Shown here: one piece after another, positions 13,656 through 26,621 of the stretch
How the letters are laid out: every line of letters begins with the position of its first letter
Numbering within the stretch: position 1 is the first letter of the stretch
Source: Octopus bimaculoides
Taxonomy: Eukaryota
Assembly: GCF_001194135.2 (NCBI RefSeq)
Contig: NC_068997.1
Location: forward strand, 1,495,556 to 1,559,555
DNA: 64,000 bases
Direction of reading: 5' to 3'
Notes under the pieces: generated by a model
Databases searched by the model: none
Told to the model about the DNA's origin: nothing
The model's input: the letters and a program-made list of their open reading frames with translations, nothing else
Program-made: the position numbers and the translations under genes

Positions 13656-13692
<37 letters not shown>

Positions 13693-14429
13693 TATATGTA
13701 TGTATATGTGTGTGAGTGTATATATGTATATGTGTGTATACATATGTGCGTGTGTGTGTGTTTATATATATAAATATATATATAATATAAATAATATATA
13801 TCTATATATATATATATATGCATATATAAATACATATGTATATAAATATATATGTAAATATGTACATATATGTATATATGGGCACAGGACGTCACAGAAA
13901 CTAAACATGAAATATGAAATACGAAAACCTGGAATACGAACTGATTTTTGCGAACAACGAAAGAAACAAATGGAAAACAAGACAAGCAACAGAAGAAACC
14001 GACCCTTCCTCAGTTGTCGGCTGTTTTTGTACTCCGTATTTCGGCTGCAATGTTTTTTTAATGAAGAAAATTTTGGAGACAATACTCTGTACTATGAATA
14101 TTCTTACGGGAGACTGAAACTTGTCCGTAGAAAACATCACGAATCCAGGAACTGTAGTAGTATGAGGGAAATAAAAAGGAAATGGAGAAAAAAAAAGGAT
14201 GAAGTAAAAGGAAGCAAAAAGAGGCAAAAGAAACCCTCGAATGCACGTACGCACGCACGCGCACATACACACACAAACACACACAGAGTCGCATATCTAT
14301 GCATGTATGTATTTATATATGTATGTATGTATGTACACACACGTGAGTACGCGCATAGGTTCACCATGATCTATACACACGCAGACGTGAGTCGATTCAT
14401 ATGAAAAAGAAAGTGACCAAAATAATATG

Positions 14430-14665
14430 ACCACTTGTTTATCGAGGAATTTTAAGTTTGATTTTTTAAAAAGAATATTTTATTTGTTTTCAAAGATGAT
14501 CAAATTAAATGTTCATAATTTCGAGCCACTTGTCGAATGAATATTTCTGCCAAATGTGGTGAAATTCGGTTCAGCTGTTTTCCAGTAATTTTGGAAACAC
14601 ACAGACAAACAGACTAAGACGAGTGAATGCAATACGCTGCTTTTGCTTATGGGTACAGGGCAATA
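14430..14665 (+). mobile_element. Possible Helitron/Helentron-associated non-autonomous element (HINE/DINE-like) 3' portion
   Basis: ccaaatgtggtgaaattcggttcagctgtttt...acacacagacaaacagac motif followed by an (AAT)n tail, similar to 52960-53055. Confidence 0.4.
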
Positions 14666-14705
14666 ATAATAATAATAATAATAATAANNNNNNNNNNTAA
14701 AACTA

Positions 14706-14736
<31 letters not shown>

Positions 14737-14751
14737 TTAATAATAATGATG

Positions 14752-14925
14752 AAAGATTCAAGTCTTGGCGCAAGGCCAAATTCGAGAGAGGAAGTAAGTT
14801 GATTACAACGATCGCAGTATTCAACTGGTACTTATTTTATCAACCACGAAATGATGAAAAGTAAAGTTGACCTCGGCGGAATTTGAACTCAGAATGTAAA
14901 GACGCGTTAACGATTCTAATTTCTT
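14752..14925 (-). mobile_element. tRNA-derived SINE, family B
   Basis: Minus strand ctgagttcaaattccgccgaggtcaactttacttttcatc...aagtaccagttgaatactgcgatcgttgtaatcaactt...ggccttgcgcc. Homologous to 33405-33625. Confidence 0.8.
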
Positions 14926-15182
14926 TAATTAGGCACAAGGCCTCAATAGAGAAAGGCCAAAACAAAAACAGACAAAACAATACATTGGGGTACACATATC
15001 GGATGAATTATGGATATAATGAAAATGAGAATGAAATGGCTTACCTATTCCCCAAAGCAGGTAGTTCCATTTTACTGTTTATGTATCATATACTAACATT
15101 ACAGTTCATTATTCTTATTTTGAATCTTTTTTGTTTTGTTTTAAAAGTCATTATTTAAAAATTTTTAACATTTCACTTACTT

Positions 15183-16140
15183 TCATAGTAAATATTGTAT
15201 TATATCTTCAAATGCCACCACTGGTGGCGTCTCGTCATATGGAACCTGTAACGGCGGTATTTCAATTTTTTCACCAAATGGTTCCTTTAACCTTTCGTAT
15301 CTGTATCTCTCAAGCAAGACCGCCCTGTCGTCCCCGTTACACTCCCTCCCTGATAACTTGACTCTAATTACATTTTTCATTCTTGTAATCCTTCTCTCGA
15401 TCTCTACACTCTTTTTATAGTTTATCATCGTTCGAATGTGTTTCCCTTTTCGTACCAACTCCCCTTTTCCGTCGTTATTCTCTCCTCATCTTCCTGGTAT
15501 TCGTGTCTCATCCTCTTCTGTATCTCTCTTACTCTTTCCTATGGCTGTCTCTCTCCTCTCTTCCTTTCCTTTCTGCGCACTTCTTTCCTCCTCCGCAATC
15601 TTCTTTTCTTTTGAATCTCTGGTCTTTCGCATTGATTCTCCTCTATATTTTCTTTTCTCTTTTTCTGTGGACTTTTGGGTGGGGAATTTGCGTCTTCTCT
15701 TTTCTTCTTTCTTTTTCCAACTGTATACTTTTCTCTTACATTTTCTATTTTCTTGCTTACTTGCATTTGTACCTCCGTTCTTTGTTCCTCTTCCTCTTCC
15801 TGCTTCTCTTGTTCTACTTCCTTTTCTCATTGCTGGGGACACCTTGCTTTCATGTGTCCCCTTACTTCACAAAGAAAACATACCGGCGGTCTTCCTTCCA
15901 CCACTATTCTCAACCTTGCTTCGTCTGGCAGTATCAGTTCTTCCGCAATATTGTGGAGGTCTGGCAAGCTTATATGGACCAATACCTCCAGTCCATACTC
16001 CTCAGTTCACCTCCGTAGTTCTTGATATTCTTTATTATTTCCGTGTCTTCCTTTGTGTTGAAGAGAATGGCTGTCACCAGTCACGCCTCATCAATTTCTG
16101 GAGGAACTACAGAAAACTACAGAAAACTGTTCCTTAGAAC
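15183..16140 (-). pseudogene. Decayed retrotransposon ORF1/gag-like gene with CCHC zinc knuckle; no downstream ORF2 seen
   Basis: Minus strand PPEIDEA*LVTAILF, then (after a frameshift) GLEVLVHISLPDLHNIAEELILPDEARLRIVVEGRPPVCFLCEVRGHMKARCP (knuckle 15880-15839), a premature TGA at 15829-15827, a long K/E/R-rich tract, and the track ORF 15183-15458 as the C-terminal part. Confidence 0.8.
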
Positions 16141-16223
16141 GGAAATGCACGAACCTCTACTGAGTTTTCGAAATCCGAAAAGTGTTACCTTAACCCACTT
16201 GTAGACAGCTGACACTTTGTTAC

Positions 16224-16256
16224 ATTATTGTTCTTGTGTTAAACAAGAACAATAAT
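16224..16256. repeat. Perfect 14-bp inverted repeat with 5-nt loop
   Basis: attattgttcttgt-gttaa-acaagaacaataat. Confidence 0.9.
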
Positions 16257-16959
16257 ATTTGTAATAATTTCTGTCAAAATATTCAGTGAATTATTGCAAC
16301 AATTTTGTATCTGCCCTTTTGTATTCATTCTCACATAAGTGTAAACATATACTATCGTTTTTCTCTTTTGAGAAAACACTGTATGAAGCTCCTTTCCTTC
16401 TAAGTTTGTCTTATGTTCTGTTCCAAAACTCCGTTTCGGTTTTGTATGTTCTGTAGATACTCCTTCGCATATTACCTTGAATAGTCCAATAGGAATGTTA
16501 CTTCTCTTTTTCTTCTAGATATCAACCTAGACTTTGCTCTCTTTCTGTAAATTCGGTGTTTTATGAACAGAAAAGAGTATTTTGTGAGATCAGAGAGGTA
16601 GAACTTCGAAAATGATGACTTGTGGTTGTTACGGGGTTTCCATATGTGAACGAAAGAATACAACAGGGCGGATATTGTAGTGGCTGATAAGAAGGAAAGA
16701 TATATTGTAATCTACGTGGTATGGTCTCTTGAGTCAAGAGTAGGGAAAAGATGAAAAAGCTAAAGTATGATAGTAAATATATTTTGTCCTTCTTTCTGTC
16801 AATTCTACTAACTACTCCCCTAAATTTGAGGCACGTTAGAAAGGAATGCGTTTGATGTGAGAGACAAATAAATAAATATATTTATCAAGGGTTAAAGAGA
16901 ACGAAGAAGAGAATCAAGAAACAACAAAACATAAAGTGAGGTGGGGTTGTTATAAAATA

Positions 16960-17135
16960 TTTGTTGGAGCAATGTTTTAGCGGGATGGCTGTGTTCGATT
17001 AAATCGACTTAGCTAGTATTTACCGACTCAGAACGGATGACAGGCAAATGTGAAACTCGGTGAAATTTGAACTCAAACTATAAGCGGTAGAACAAATAGC
17101 CCAAGTAATTTTGTCCGACGTTCTAACGATTCTTC
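16960..17135 (-). mobile_element. Diverged SINE (family B-related)
   Basis: gaatcgttagaacgtcggacaaaattacttgggc...gagttcaaatttcaccgagtttcac head on the minus strand. Confidence 0.6.
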
Positions 17136-17549
17136 TGAGTGCTGTTGGAAATGCGAAACGAGGAAAGTGGGGCATGAAAAAGAAATGAAGACATAACGGG
17201 TAAAGCAAGTTTATGTAATGAAATTGGAGAGAAATTGAAACTGGTTTAATTTACTGAGGTTGTAGACAGGTCAATGTTTTATAGGAAACTAGGTCAGTCG
17301 ATGAAAAGAAAATGACTACACCAGGTTCATTGTAATCATCCGTATATTTAGTTTAGCTTATGGATTTTCATAATAACAATTACTCGTGTTTCAGGTTCTA
17401 TTGCAGACTACATTAATGGTAATGAAACTTCGCTCACATTCTAATTTTCTTTTACCTTTCCTATTTTCATAAAATTTTTTTTTTTGGTAAACAACTATAA
17501 TTATTGCAAAGTTTGCTCCTAACAATCTCTATATCGATAAATGGCGTTC

Positions 17550-17750
17550 GCGTGATCACTCGATATGCTAGGGATAGCAGCCAAATCATTTCCTCACGTC
17601 ACATCCTACCAGCCATCTTAAAGTAAAATTACGTTCGCTTAATTATTTTGAGTATTGAAATAAATAAATGAAAAGGTGGGGTGGTCATACATACGATCTT
17701 AGGTTGCTTCTTGATCAGAGAAGGTCTTGGGACCAACGACAAACAATGTA
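17550..17750 (+). mobile_element. Diverged SINE-like repeat, family C
   Basis: gtgatcactcgatatgctagggatagcagccaaatc...cacatcctac resembles the reverse complement of 53745-53975. Related fragments at about 33180-33290 and 34785-34975. Confidence 0.55.
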
Positions 17751-18721
17751 ACCGCATACAGTCTGTTCAGTGAACAGCATCTCTTAAGTCTAAGACGGAA
17801 TACCTATAAGATTTACATGTAGTTTGTCTACAGGAATATACTTGGTCTAATTATATGATCAAAACATTTAATTAAGTTTCCTTTAGATTATAAAGATTAA
17901 CACTAAAGACGCAGCTATGAAGAGATAGATGTTAATGATGTCACATACCTAGAAGGAATAAAGTTATAAGTTCATATTGATGCTTAACAGTCTACACTAC
18001 GTCATGAATTGATAATAATGATAGTAAGCGATGGTGAAAGGTATTGGCAATTTAAGTCTTGTTAACTTGATAGACGTCAATTATCATCTCTACTTCCTGC
18101 CTTAAGGAATGGACCGTTTCTATTATCTTCGTCATGTAATAATACAGAGTACATCACTTGAAACTACACTCTCGCTTATTTTATTTATTCTTTACATCAG
18201 CCGACCACAGCGAATAAATGTTGTCACTTTCTGACAGAACCTTATACCATCATGCTATTGTATAAATACACGTACACCTGGAAATATAATATCACTCATA
18301 TATGGCAACATGCTAATCAAATCCTGGCTATAGAACTAGAATGATCTAATCAGTGTTAAGTTGGTGCGTTAACCAATTCAGTTCATTTTTCACTATGAAC
18401 CAATAATAGACATTTATCACACGATTTGTTACTGAAAGTTACCTGCGATTGCTACATAAATTACCTCAGTGGACACACCACCATAATGATCCGCAATACA
18501 CAATTTCAAACAAACAGATGTCTGGTTCAACTACACACAGAGATTTGTTATAGTGTGTATAATTCGGAAAACGTCTTCAGCTCTGTTGAAGATACTCAAA
18601 AGCCAGTTGGGAGTGTTAAAAGGGATGGTAAATGGTGTATAACAGTAACAAAATCATTCCAACGGAAGAGCCAGGTAGGAGTGTTAAATGAAAGACGAAT
18701 TATGCCTAACAGTCAAAAAAA

Positions 18722-18758
<37 letters not shown>

Positions 18759-18974
18759 TTCCAACAGGATTTGCTGAAGAGATGCTTCAATCCTAGAATA
18801 AACTGTAGGTAGGACCTCTAAAGTTAACTACTTAAGAATGCAGTCGGGTCTAAGATGTGAATTCATGAGTTGTTACCACAATTGTGTTGCGCAGAAGGAA
18901 ATAGAGTATTGTTCACAGAAATTTGGTGGATACTTTCAAATTGTCTCTATAGAAATAAAGAATAAACAATTGGA

Positions 18975-19340
18975 ATAGAATTAACTGCTTCTCCGTAATT
19001 CAAAGATTTGAGCAAAGTCGACACCAGTATCGGACCAACTTCGTGCCAAATTGAAGGCAGGCTGGCAAACCGCCGCTCCTCGGACTGACCTTACCCGTCG
19101 TTGTGGTTTTGAGGCACAAATCAAAGTAGGACTTGCCGTCCACTCAAGAAAACATGTAAATGATTCACAAACATTCGAGAAGACTGAGATCTCAACATGT
19201 TCCATTTGCCAAAAGGTCTGCAAGAAACCAGCAGGCCTCAACAGACACATGCGTGTCCACTGAACATGATTAACGCTTTATGTTACTGAACTCTCATTTG
19301 TCGTTCACAACGAAAGAATCCTGCATACATACATACATAT
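18975..19340 (+). mobile_element. 3' end of RTE-like LINE with C-terminal C2H2 zinc finger(s) and (CATA)n tail
   Basis: RRCGFEAQIKVGLAVHSRKH...TCSICQKVCKKPAGLNRHMRVH*, then a short UTR ending gtcgttcacaacgaaagaatcctg plus (cata)n. Confidence 0.75.
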
Positions 19341-19694
19341 ATACACACGCACACACACGTTTATGAGCAATATAAATAGAAATAAAGCATTGAATTTATC
19401 GTTTTTAATAAGTTGAAAAACATCCAAGTTACATTTATAAAATTTTGTAATGCTAAATCGGAGTACAGTATTAAATATTTGCTCTATTTTACATCAGTTA
19501 TTCATAGGTATTTATGGCCTTTTCCCTATAAATGCTTCATGTTGCTTATAATATCACTAGAGAGCCATATTTATAAAATTATAGTGTAGCTAAATCGATT
19601 ATACCGATTTGTTATATTCTGTAATTATATTTCGTATTTCTATTGCAGTCTTACACCTGGTAGACATTTCACTTTTCGGTAGGCTGGACATGAA

Positions 19695-19734
<40 letters not shown>

Positions 19735-19974
19735 TCTCTCTCCCTCTCTCTCCCTCTCTCTCTCTCTCACACACACATATGGCTTGAAACTTTAAGAACT
19801 TTAAAATTTGTGAAAAAATATTAGATGTATATGCTCAGTACATCTTTACTTTTTGATGTAAATTACACATTCTGAAATATATCGCAACCTAACATAATCC
19901 AAATGAGATTATTTCGCTTGCAATAATTAACCACAGGAGACACACCATATATATGTACATATATCTATGATATG

Positions 19975-20011
<37 letters not shown>

Positions 20012-21744
20012 GTATATATATTTATATTTATATATATGAGAAGTATTGGTATCCAGAAGACCCAAGGTGGGAATGACTGCAGTTAAACTCTCGGTTCGAT
20101 AATGTTACGAGTGGGAGTCTAATGCGGGTCTTGTATGAGCATGTATATGTTAAATAAAATGAGACAACAAAGCCAAGGCTGTGTGGATTTTCCAGGACAT
20201 TTATAAAGAGAAAGTTAGGCTTACAGCTGTTTTGGGGATATAGAAAATATTCCTTCATCAAAAACGATGTGAGATGGTTAAATAGAGGGAAATGTTAGAG
20301 TTCAATATGAAGAGTTATTTTGGAAAAGGAAGCAAATGAGGAGTATAGAGTAAAATAGGAGAAGGAATGTAGAAATAAAAGTAAAAATGTATAAAGATGT
20401 TATAGTTGCACTTCCATTATCCAAGGAAAGTGATCTGTAGAAGTGGTTTTGTTTCCTGTCCGTTGCATTAGATTTGTGGTAAAATTTGAAGGTATGGAAA
20501 AAGCGGTGGTTGCATGTACCTAGGTCCTCGTTATATTTATTTAGTAGTATTGAAGAGCTGTGTTTTAGTGTCCAATACTTAGTCACTTAATTAACTTTAT
20601 TATATTCAAACATGCCTAGTTAATATTCCATTACTTTATACTTATGATATACAAAAAACAGAAACATACTGTCTATAGATATAGAACGAAAGTAAAGTAT
20701 TAGAGCACTTACTTGTATTTGCAGCGACACTTAACCGGAGTAGGCTGTGCCGGCCTCGACCAATGTGTGGATGTTCAAAGTTTCAATGGGAATACAAGTT
20801 CACGTGTAGTCCTCGGTCACGTGCATACATATTTTGTCACAGTGTGACCCGTAGCAGCTCATCTTGCCCTCGTTGCAGAGAATTTGTAAATCAAGTAACC
20901 GCTGGTTATCGGAACAGAAATAGCCTGGGATTGAAGTGGGTTCTAGAGATATGCTTTGATAAAAGCCAGTGGTCTTCCAGCACGCTGAACAACTACCCAG
21001 AGATTTTGCCGGCTGTTCTATTGTTAGATAGTCATTGAATCTGCACTAGGTTCGTCCGTCATTTTGAGAGGTCTTCTTTATAGTACTACTGCGTTTCTAG
21101 CAACCCCCCTAACCAGGAAAGCCTACTGAGGGTGACGCTATGATCGCCGACGATCCGACCATGCAACAGGTTGTACTGAATACGATGTTACTCAGGAGAC
21201 CTCACAAGTGACTTCACTCACTTGTATGCATGTATCTTGCTGAGGCTACTGCGTTAGCCTTTCTTGAACTATCAATAGATGCACATACATATATACATTC
21301 TTGCTTACAGCAGCTACAGGTGATATTCAACTTTAGAATTGTGTTGTTCTATCGACGTACTAAAAATAAATTTAATCACGGTGAAACTTTTAAATATATT
21401 TTGTGATTAACCAGGAAATATGAAATATCTATGACAATGTTAGGAGCACTAAAATAGGTGGGAAGAAAATTATTTTCAGGCCAGGAAGCAGGTCCGACTG
21501 TTTGTTGCAGATTCAACCAAAAGCAACAAATCGACAAAAGATCGTGTCAAATTAATTTCATCATCATAGATTTGGAACACACTCTCCAAACGATCTTCCA
21601 TACTGATTCGAACGCAAAATACTTTGAGAGGAAATTGAACATGATACGACATTTAGCCGGTATTTAATTTGTTTCATGAAAATTTCAAATATAATAACTA
21701 GAATATACGAAATTTATACATCTCTGGTTCGGTTAATATCATCT

Positions 21745-22230
21745 CATTATAATTCTGCTTGTTACTTATCCCGTCAGTAACGCTTACACCTGATTAGACA
21801 AAAAGAGAAGCGTGAAAAGATGTGAGGTAGAGGGAATGGAATTGTAATGCTTTCACGTGATTAGTTGAAGGGAAAAAGAGGAGAAAGAAAATGGAGAGAG
21901 AAAAAGAGGATAAGGCGAATAATTAATCAGAAAGGGAGAGAAAAGCGTCCATAACGTGAGGTAGGGGAAGATAATCTTATGATAATTCTGCTCGTCTTTC
22001 TGTTACTTATCCCGCCGGTAACACTTTCCCGTTTTTGGATGAAAAAAGGGAGAGAGAAAACAGGGAAAGAGAAAAAGAGGGAAAGAGAAAACGAGGGAGA
22101 GAGAAGCGTCTATGACGTGAGATAGAGGGAATGTAATTGTAAAGCTTTCACGTAATTAGTTGAAAGGATAGAATGGAGGAAGAAAAAGGCGAGAGAAAAA
22201 GAAGATAAAGTGAACAGTAAGATAGAAAGA
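21745..22230 (+). repeat. Diverged tandem duplication with purine-rich spacers
   Basis: ataattctgc...gttacttatcccg.c.gtaac.ctt occurs at about 21748 and 21981. gagaagcgt...gag.tagagggaatg.aattgtaa.gctttcacgt.attagttgaa occurs at about 21806 and 22100. Confidence 0.85.
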
Positions 22231-22352
22231 AAATGAAAAGGTGGGAGAGGAAAAAGATGGAAACAGAAAAAGAGGGAGAGAGAGGGGAGAGAAAGAAAGA
22301 GAGAGAGAGAGGCGGGAAAGAAGGAGAGATGATGATGGTGGTGGTGGTGTTG

Positions 22353-22384
<32 letters not shown>

Positions 22385-23547
22385 GGCGCTGTGATTGGAT
22401 AGTGAAAGGTTTATTTTTTAAAAATTGAACTAAGTTTTTTATATCACCTATGGATTAACGCATGCACATAAATGCAATTCCTTGAAATATTCACGCTTAT
22501 TTACGTGGAAAATATATGCAATTTAACTAAAGAAGTATCATACGTACGGGATATTTTTTTATGGAAAAAATGGAAAAGTTGTGAATATTTATTTTGTGAG
22601 TGCTGTGTATTAAGTCTATAAATTTATTCATAAAGTATATAAAGTGTATATATAGAGTGCATCATGTAATCATCGTATTCCAGTTTCTTTCACTTTTCAA
22701 TGACTACCTGATGAGAGACTATCTTTTCATACAGACACAACATAGGCTAGCTTTCCTTTCAGGTTTTTTAGATAAAGTTTTCAGAAATAACGCAATAGGT
22801 TTACCATTAATTCCGTGAAATAGTCAGGGGTCCAGCTAGTCTTAACATAACATGTCGGCCAAACCATAGCTCCTGCAAAACCTCTCAAAATTTGTGGTGG
22901 GGAGGGTGAGTAGATTCGATTCTTTCGTAGGTTTGTAAAGCAATATAAGAGAATAAATAGGTCCGAGATTGTTAAGCTGCACAATTTTTCTGAACCTATT
23001 GGTATATTTTATTCTCAGCTATTTTAAGTATTTCCTTACTGAACTATAATTTACGACATTCATAGAGAAATGAAGTATAGTCTAGGATGTAATTCCGAAA
23101 TATTCTAATAAAAATTCTAAAATAATTATGAAAATATTCTTATTAGAATAAATATTCTAATAAAGGATAAATAAGTATTCCAATAATGGATAAATAATGA
23201 AAATCATATTTCTTATTTGCTATATTTCAACGACGCCATATTGAGATAGAGCAATGAAAGTATCTCAACTTACATACATCTCCACCCACACGTATGTATA
23301 TATAGCAATTTATGCATCATAATGCATACACACAATCAATAGGCCACTTACTGTAGTGTTTGTCCTGGGCTAACATTTCTTATAGTCTTGCTGTGTTAAA
23401 AACAAAATTAATATGAAAGCGAAACTGCATCGTAGCAGCGGCCAGCGGCAACATAAGTTCCTGTAATTGTCCTATCATTATACATTAAGGATGATACATC
23501 AAAGGATACTAAATTTAATAATGCCTCAACAGCGTATGCAAGATATA

Positions 23548-23621
<74 letters not shown>

Positions 23622-23802
23622 TAAATAAAAATCTGTTAGTATATATTTAGTGACATTTGTAATTCTCCTTTTTGGTGAAACTACTGTTCTTATTAATTTT
23701 GTATATACACATTAGCGAATCGCTAAATCATCTAATTATTTGTATGACGAACATATACATACTAATGGTGAAGCAAGTCCGGAGAGAGCCGAAGTCGAGC
23801 TG

Positions 23803-23855
23803 GCTTAACTCACGAGGCGGCGGAAATTGTCGAAACTGACATGTCAGTATTAAGC
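23803..23855 (+). ncRNA. Type I hammerhead ribozyme with a single core substitution (G5C)
   Basis: Stem I GCUUAA (23803-08)/UUAAGC (23850-55); core CUCACGA (canonical CUGANGA); stem II GGCGG-CGGAAA-UUGUC with a G-C closing pair; GAAA 23832-35; palindromic stem III CUGACAUGUCAG; GUA cleavage site after 23849. Confidence 0.8.
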
Positions 23856-24620
23856 ATTTTCGATTGGCACTTTTCGGACGATTATGGTCTCTTTTAGTAT
23901 ATATGTTTAGTTCATGTGCGTTAGCTAGCATTAGAGCGTTTTAGCTCTTATTTTTTACCCTACTATACGGACCCTCAACGAATTTTCGTCCCATTAGGCA
24001 ATTCATATTTATTCAAATAAATGTAATTTAATAATTATACTCTGCAAGAAGAACTGAGTACTTTGCCTGGGATTCAATATAAATATATCGTATGTACGCA
24101 TAGGTGTATATTTATATATGCATCGTGTATGTATGTATGCATGCATGCATGTATGTATGTATGTATGCATGTATGTATGTATGTATGTATCTATCTATCG
24201 ATCTAAATATATAGTGTGTGTATATGGATGGATGTATATACCTTTGATAGGACTATTACATGTCCTTCTTGTAAGTTTACTTTTCACCAATTAAATGTAG
24301 ACATTAAACAGAGCCACCTGTCAAGCTCTGAATTGATCACTTCCATTCAATTGTGTTCTACCCATAATTATCTGCACAATGATCAGTTTCCAACATGTCT
24401 GCTGCACTTTCTGACTATTGGATCAACAATTCTGTGTGTTTATTTTTTCCTTCTTTCTCCACCTTGCTTTTGTTTACCTATTTGTGTCTCTCTTTCCATC
24501 TACCTGCTTCTGTTTATCTATCTGTATAACGCACTTTATCTATCTATCTGTATGTCCGTCTGTCTGTCTATCTGTCTGTCTGTCTTTTTGTTTGACTGTC
24601 TGTCTATGTCTGTGTAGCAA

Positions 24621-24654
<34 letters not shown>

Positions 24655-24863
24655 CCAGTCTGCATGTTTAGCAATATCTATCTGGCTATCAATATTTATC
24701 TCTTTGTCTATCTATCAAGCTGTCTATTTCCCTACGTTGTGTCTTTATTTCGACCAGTCTTTTCTTATTTTCTATTCCTTTTCTTAGATTCTATTTATTT
24801 ATTCTTATCATGCCTTTACCAGAAACTTCTATGTAAATCGTCCTTAAGTAAATTGCATTTCAG

Positions 24864-24935
24864 ATAATAATGGAAGTAAATCACCCAAGAGATTTCGCAC
24901 GAGCAATCCGTTTGAACTACATCAGAATATTTTGG
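24864..24935 (+). CDS. Candidate isolated 72-nt exon
   Basis: Acceptor ttgcatttcag| and donor GG|gtaagt. Open as phase1-1 (D)NNGSKSPKRFRTSNPFELHQNIL(G) or phase0-0 IIMEVNHPRDFARAIRLNYIRIFW. No homology recognised. Confidence 0.3.
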
Positions 24936-25479
24936 GTAAGTATTCTTCCGAAGACGCTTAATTAAAATCCTTGTGGAATTGTAGAGGTATTTCTGTGACG
25001 TCTTGCCAATAAAGTTGCTAAATGGAAAATATTGGTAGAATATGAGGTCAGGATGCTACTTGACATATCTCACCAATATTTCAAGTATTCGAACTTTTTT
25101 CCTTTTTAATAGATCCATTGATATAGACAGTCAAACTTTTAATAACGGCCGCTTTTCTTTTACCAAAATTTAGAGAGAACGCTTAAAGCATATCGACAAC
25201 ATTGGCAACAAAAACAAACAACTATTAATCCCACACAATTTGCACTTTCGTTTTGTTTAGGAGAAAGTAACCTTTTGTTGATATGTGTGCGTGTATGATA
25301 CACACACGACATCTGTGTATTTGTGATATATATTTTATCTTACCGACATATCGATAGCAGATAAATCAGAATTCTGGCGAAATTGGTCTGGAGTACCATA
25401 GCTTTCTTGGATCCTCCTCCATCACTAACGTACACGCAAGTAAATATTTTACTTAAATTATTGCCTAAGGTCGCTCTGG

Positions 25480-26200
25480 TATTATATAGTGAGAATTCTG
25501 GAGGATCGACATTCTGGGACTAAAAAGCCTTACTACTAGGAATGAAATGGTACAAAATGTTGATAAAGAGAGTCAGGAGCACTTCAGTTGAAGTGACACA
25601 TGGCCAGTCAGTTCGAAGGATCAGTGTACGATATACCAGCTCAAAAAGTAACGAAAGCAGACAACGTGACTGTGGATCAGAGTTTGGATTGTGCTGGTGA
25701 ATAATTTCATACCAATGCGTTCAGTGACTTTTTTCCCGGATTAGTAGGTGGTAGAAAATAAAACGCTTTCTGGCGGTGAAGAAGAGAATTCTTTATCATA
25801 TGTGGAGTCTTGAAATGAGGTTGAGGTCTAACATTTTAACCGACTTGGAGGGTTCTAGATGATGCGCACTGGAATATGCTTTCTTGGTATGGATAAATAT
25901 TGTGTTCTTTTGTTTTTGAAGAAGATTAAATTAATACATTTCCATTAATAAGTCTGTGTAAATTTGGCCAGACAAGCCTATGTTGGATGAGGGAGAATCT
26001 AGACTCGTGAAACTGATCTCATCTGTGTTGGAGTGGAATTTATTGGACATGACGACAAGTAGGTCTAGTGAGAAAAAAAATAAGGGGAAGGATAAAACTG
26101 GATCCTAGGACCAAGCAGAGCTACAGGAGCACACACCCCGACAGCATGGATTTAACAGGCAGTTATCACTAAAAGACAGGATGGATAGCAGTCACATTTG
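25480..26200 (-). mobile_element. Heavily decayed LINE reverse transcriptase fragment (CR1/L2/Jockey-like)
   Basis: Minus strand gives a degraded PQGSVLSP-like segment, then VMSNKFHSNTDE (about HSYADD), FNLLQKQ (about FN..KTQ) and LEPSKSVKMLDLNL. Confidence 0.55.
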
Positions 26201-26561
26201 TTTTGGATGGAGATTAGAGTGGTACGGTCAACACACACACACACACACACACACACACGTATGCACGCACACACACGTATGCACGCACATATGCGATGAG
26301 AGCGATTGTCAGAGTCTGTGTTCTTATTGATTTGAAATGACCAGAGTTACTTTCATACGTGGTTTGTCTATATGTATGTGGTGTTGAATCTGGCAGATTA
26401 GAGAGGAATAATTTTGAAGGAGATTTACTGAATAGGTCTAGATAGGGACTATGATGCACCACCATTGCGCACACAATGATAATGATAGTGTTGTTGCAGT
26501 GATAACGATTACATGCATTTCTATAAGTGGTATAATTTATATCTATGTACGTCTCTCTCTG

Positions 26562-26621
<60 letters not shown>

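Noticed and set aside
13700-14404. 234-aa ORF
   Set aside because: Both ends are microsatellite-derived and the middle has no recognisable domain.
15436-16137. 233-aa plus-strand hydrophobic ORF
   Set aside because: It is the antisense shadow of the purine-rich minus-strand ORF1 remnant.
20040-20590. Possible very old PLE RT fragment on the minus strand
   Set aside because: Only TSLY and KF-like hints; no convincing motif run.
22708-22745. CUGAUGA here and at 37452-37465 (minus)
   Set aside because: No correctly placed GAAA and no paired stems.
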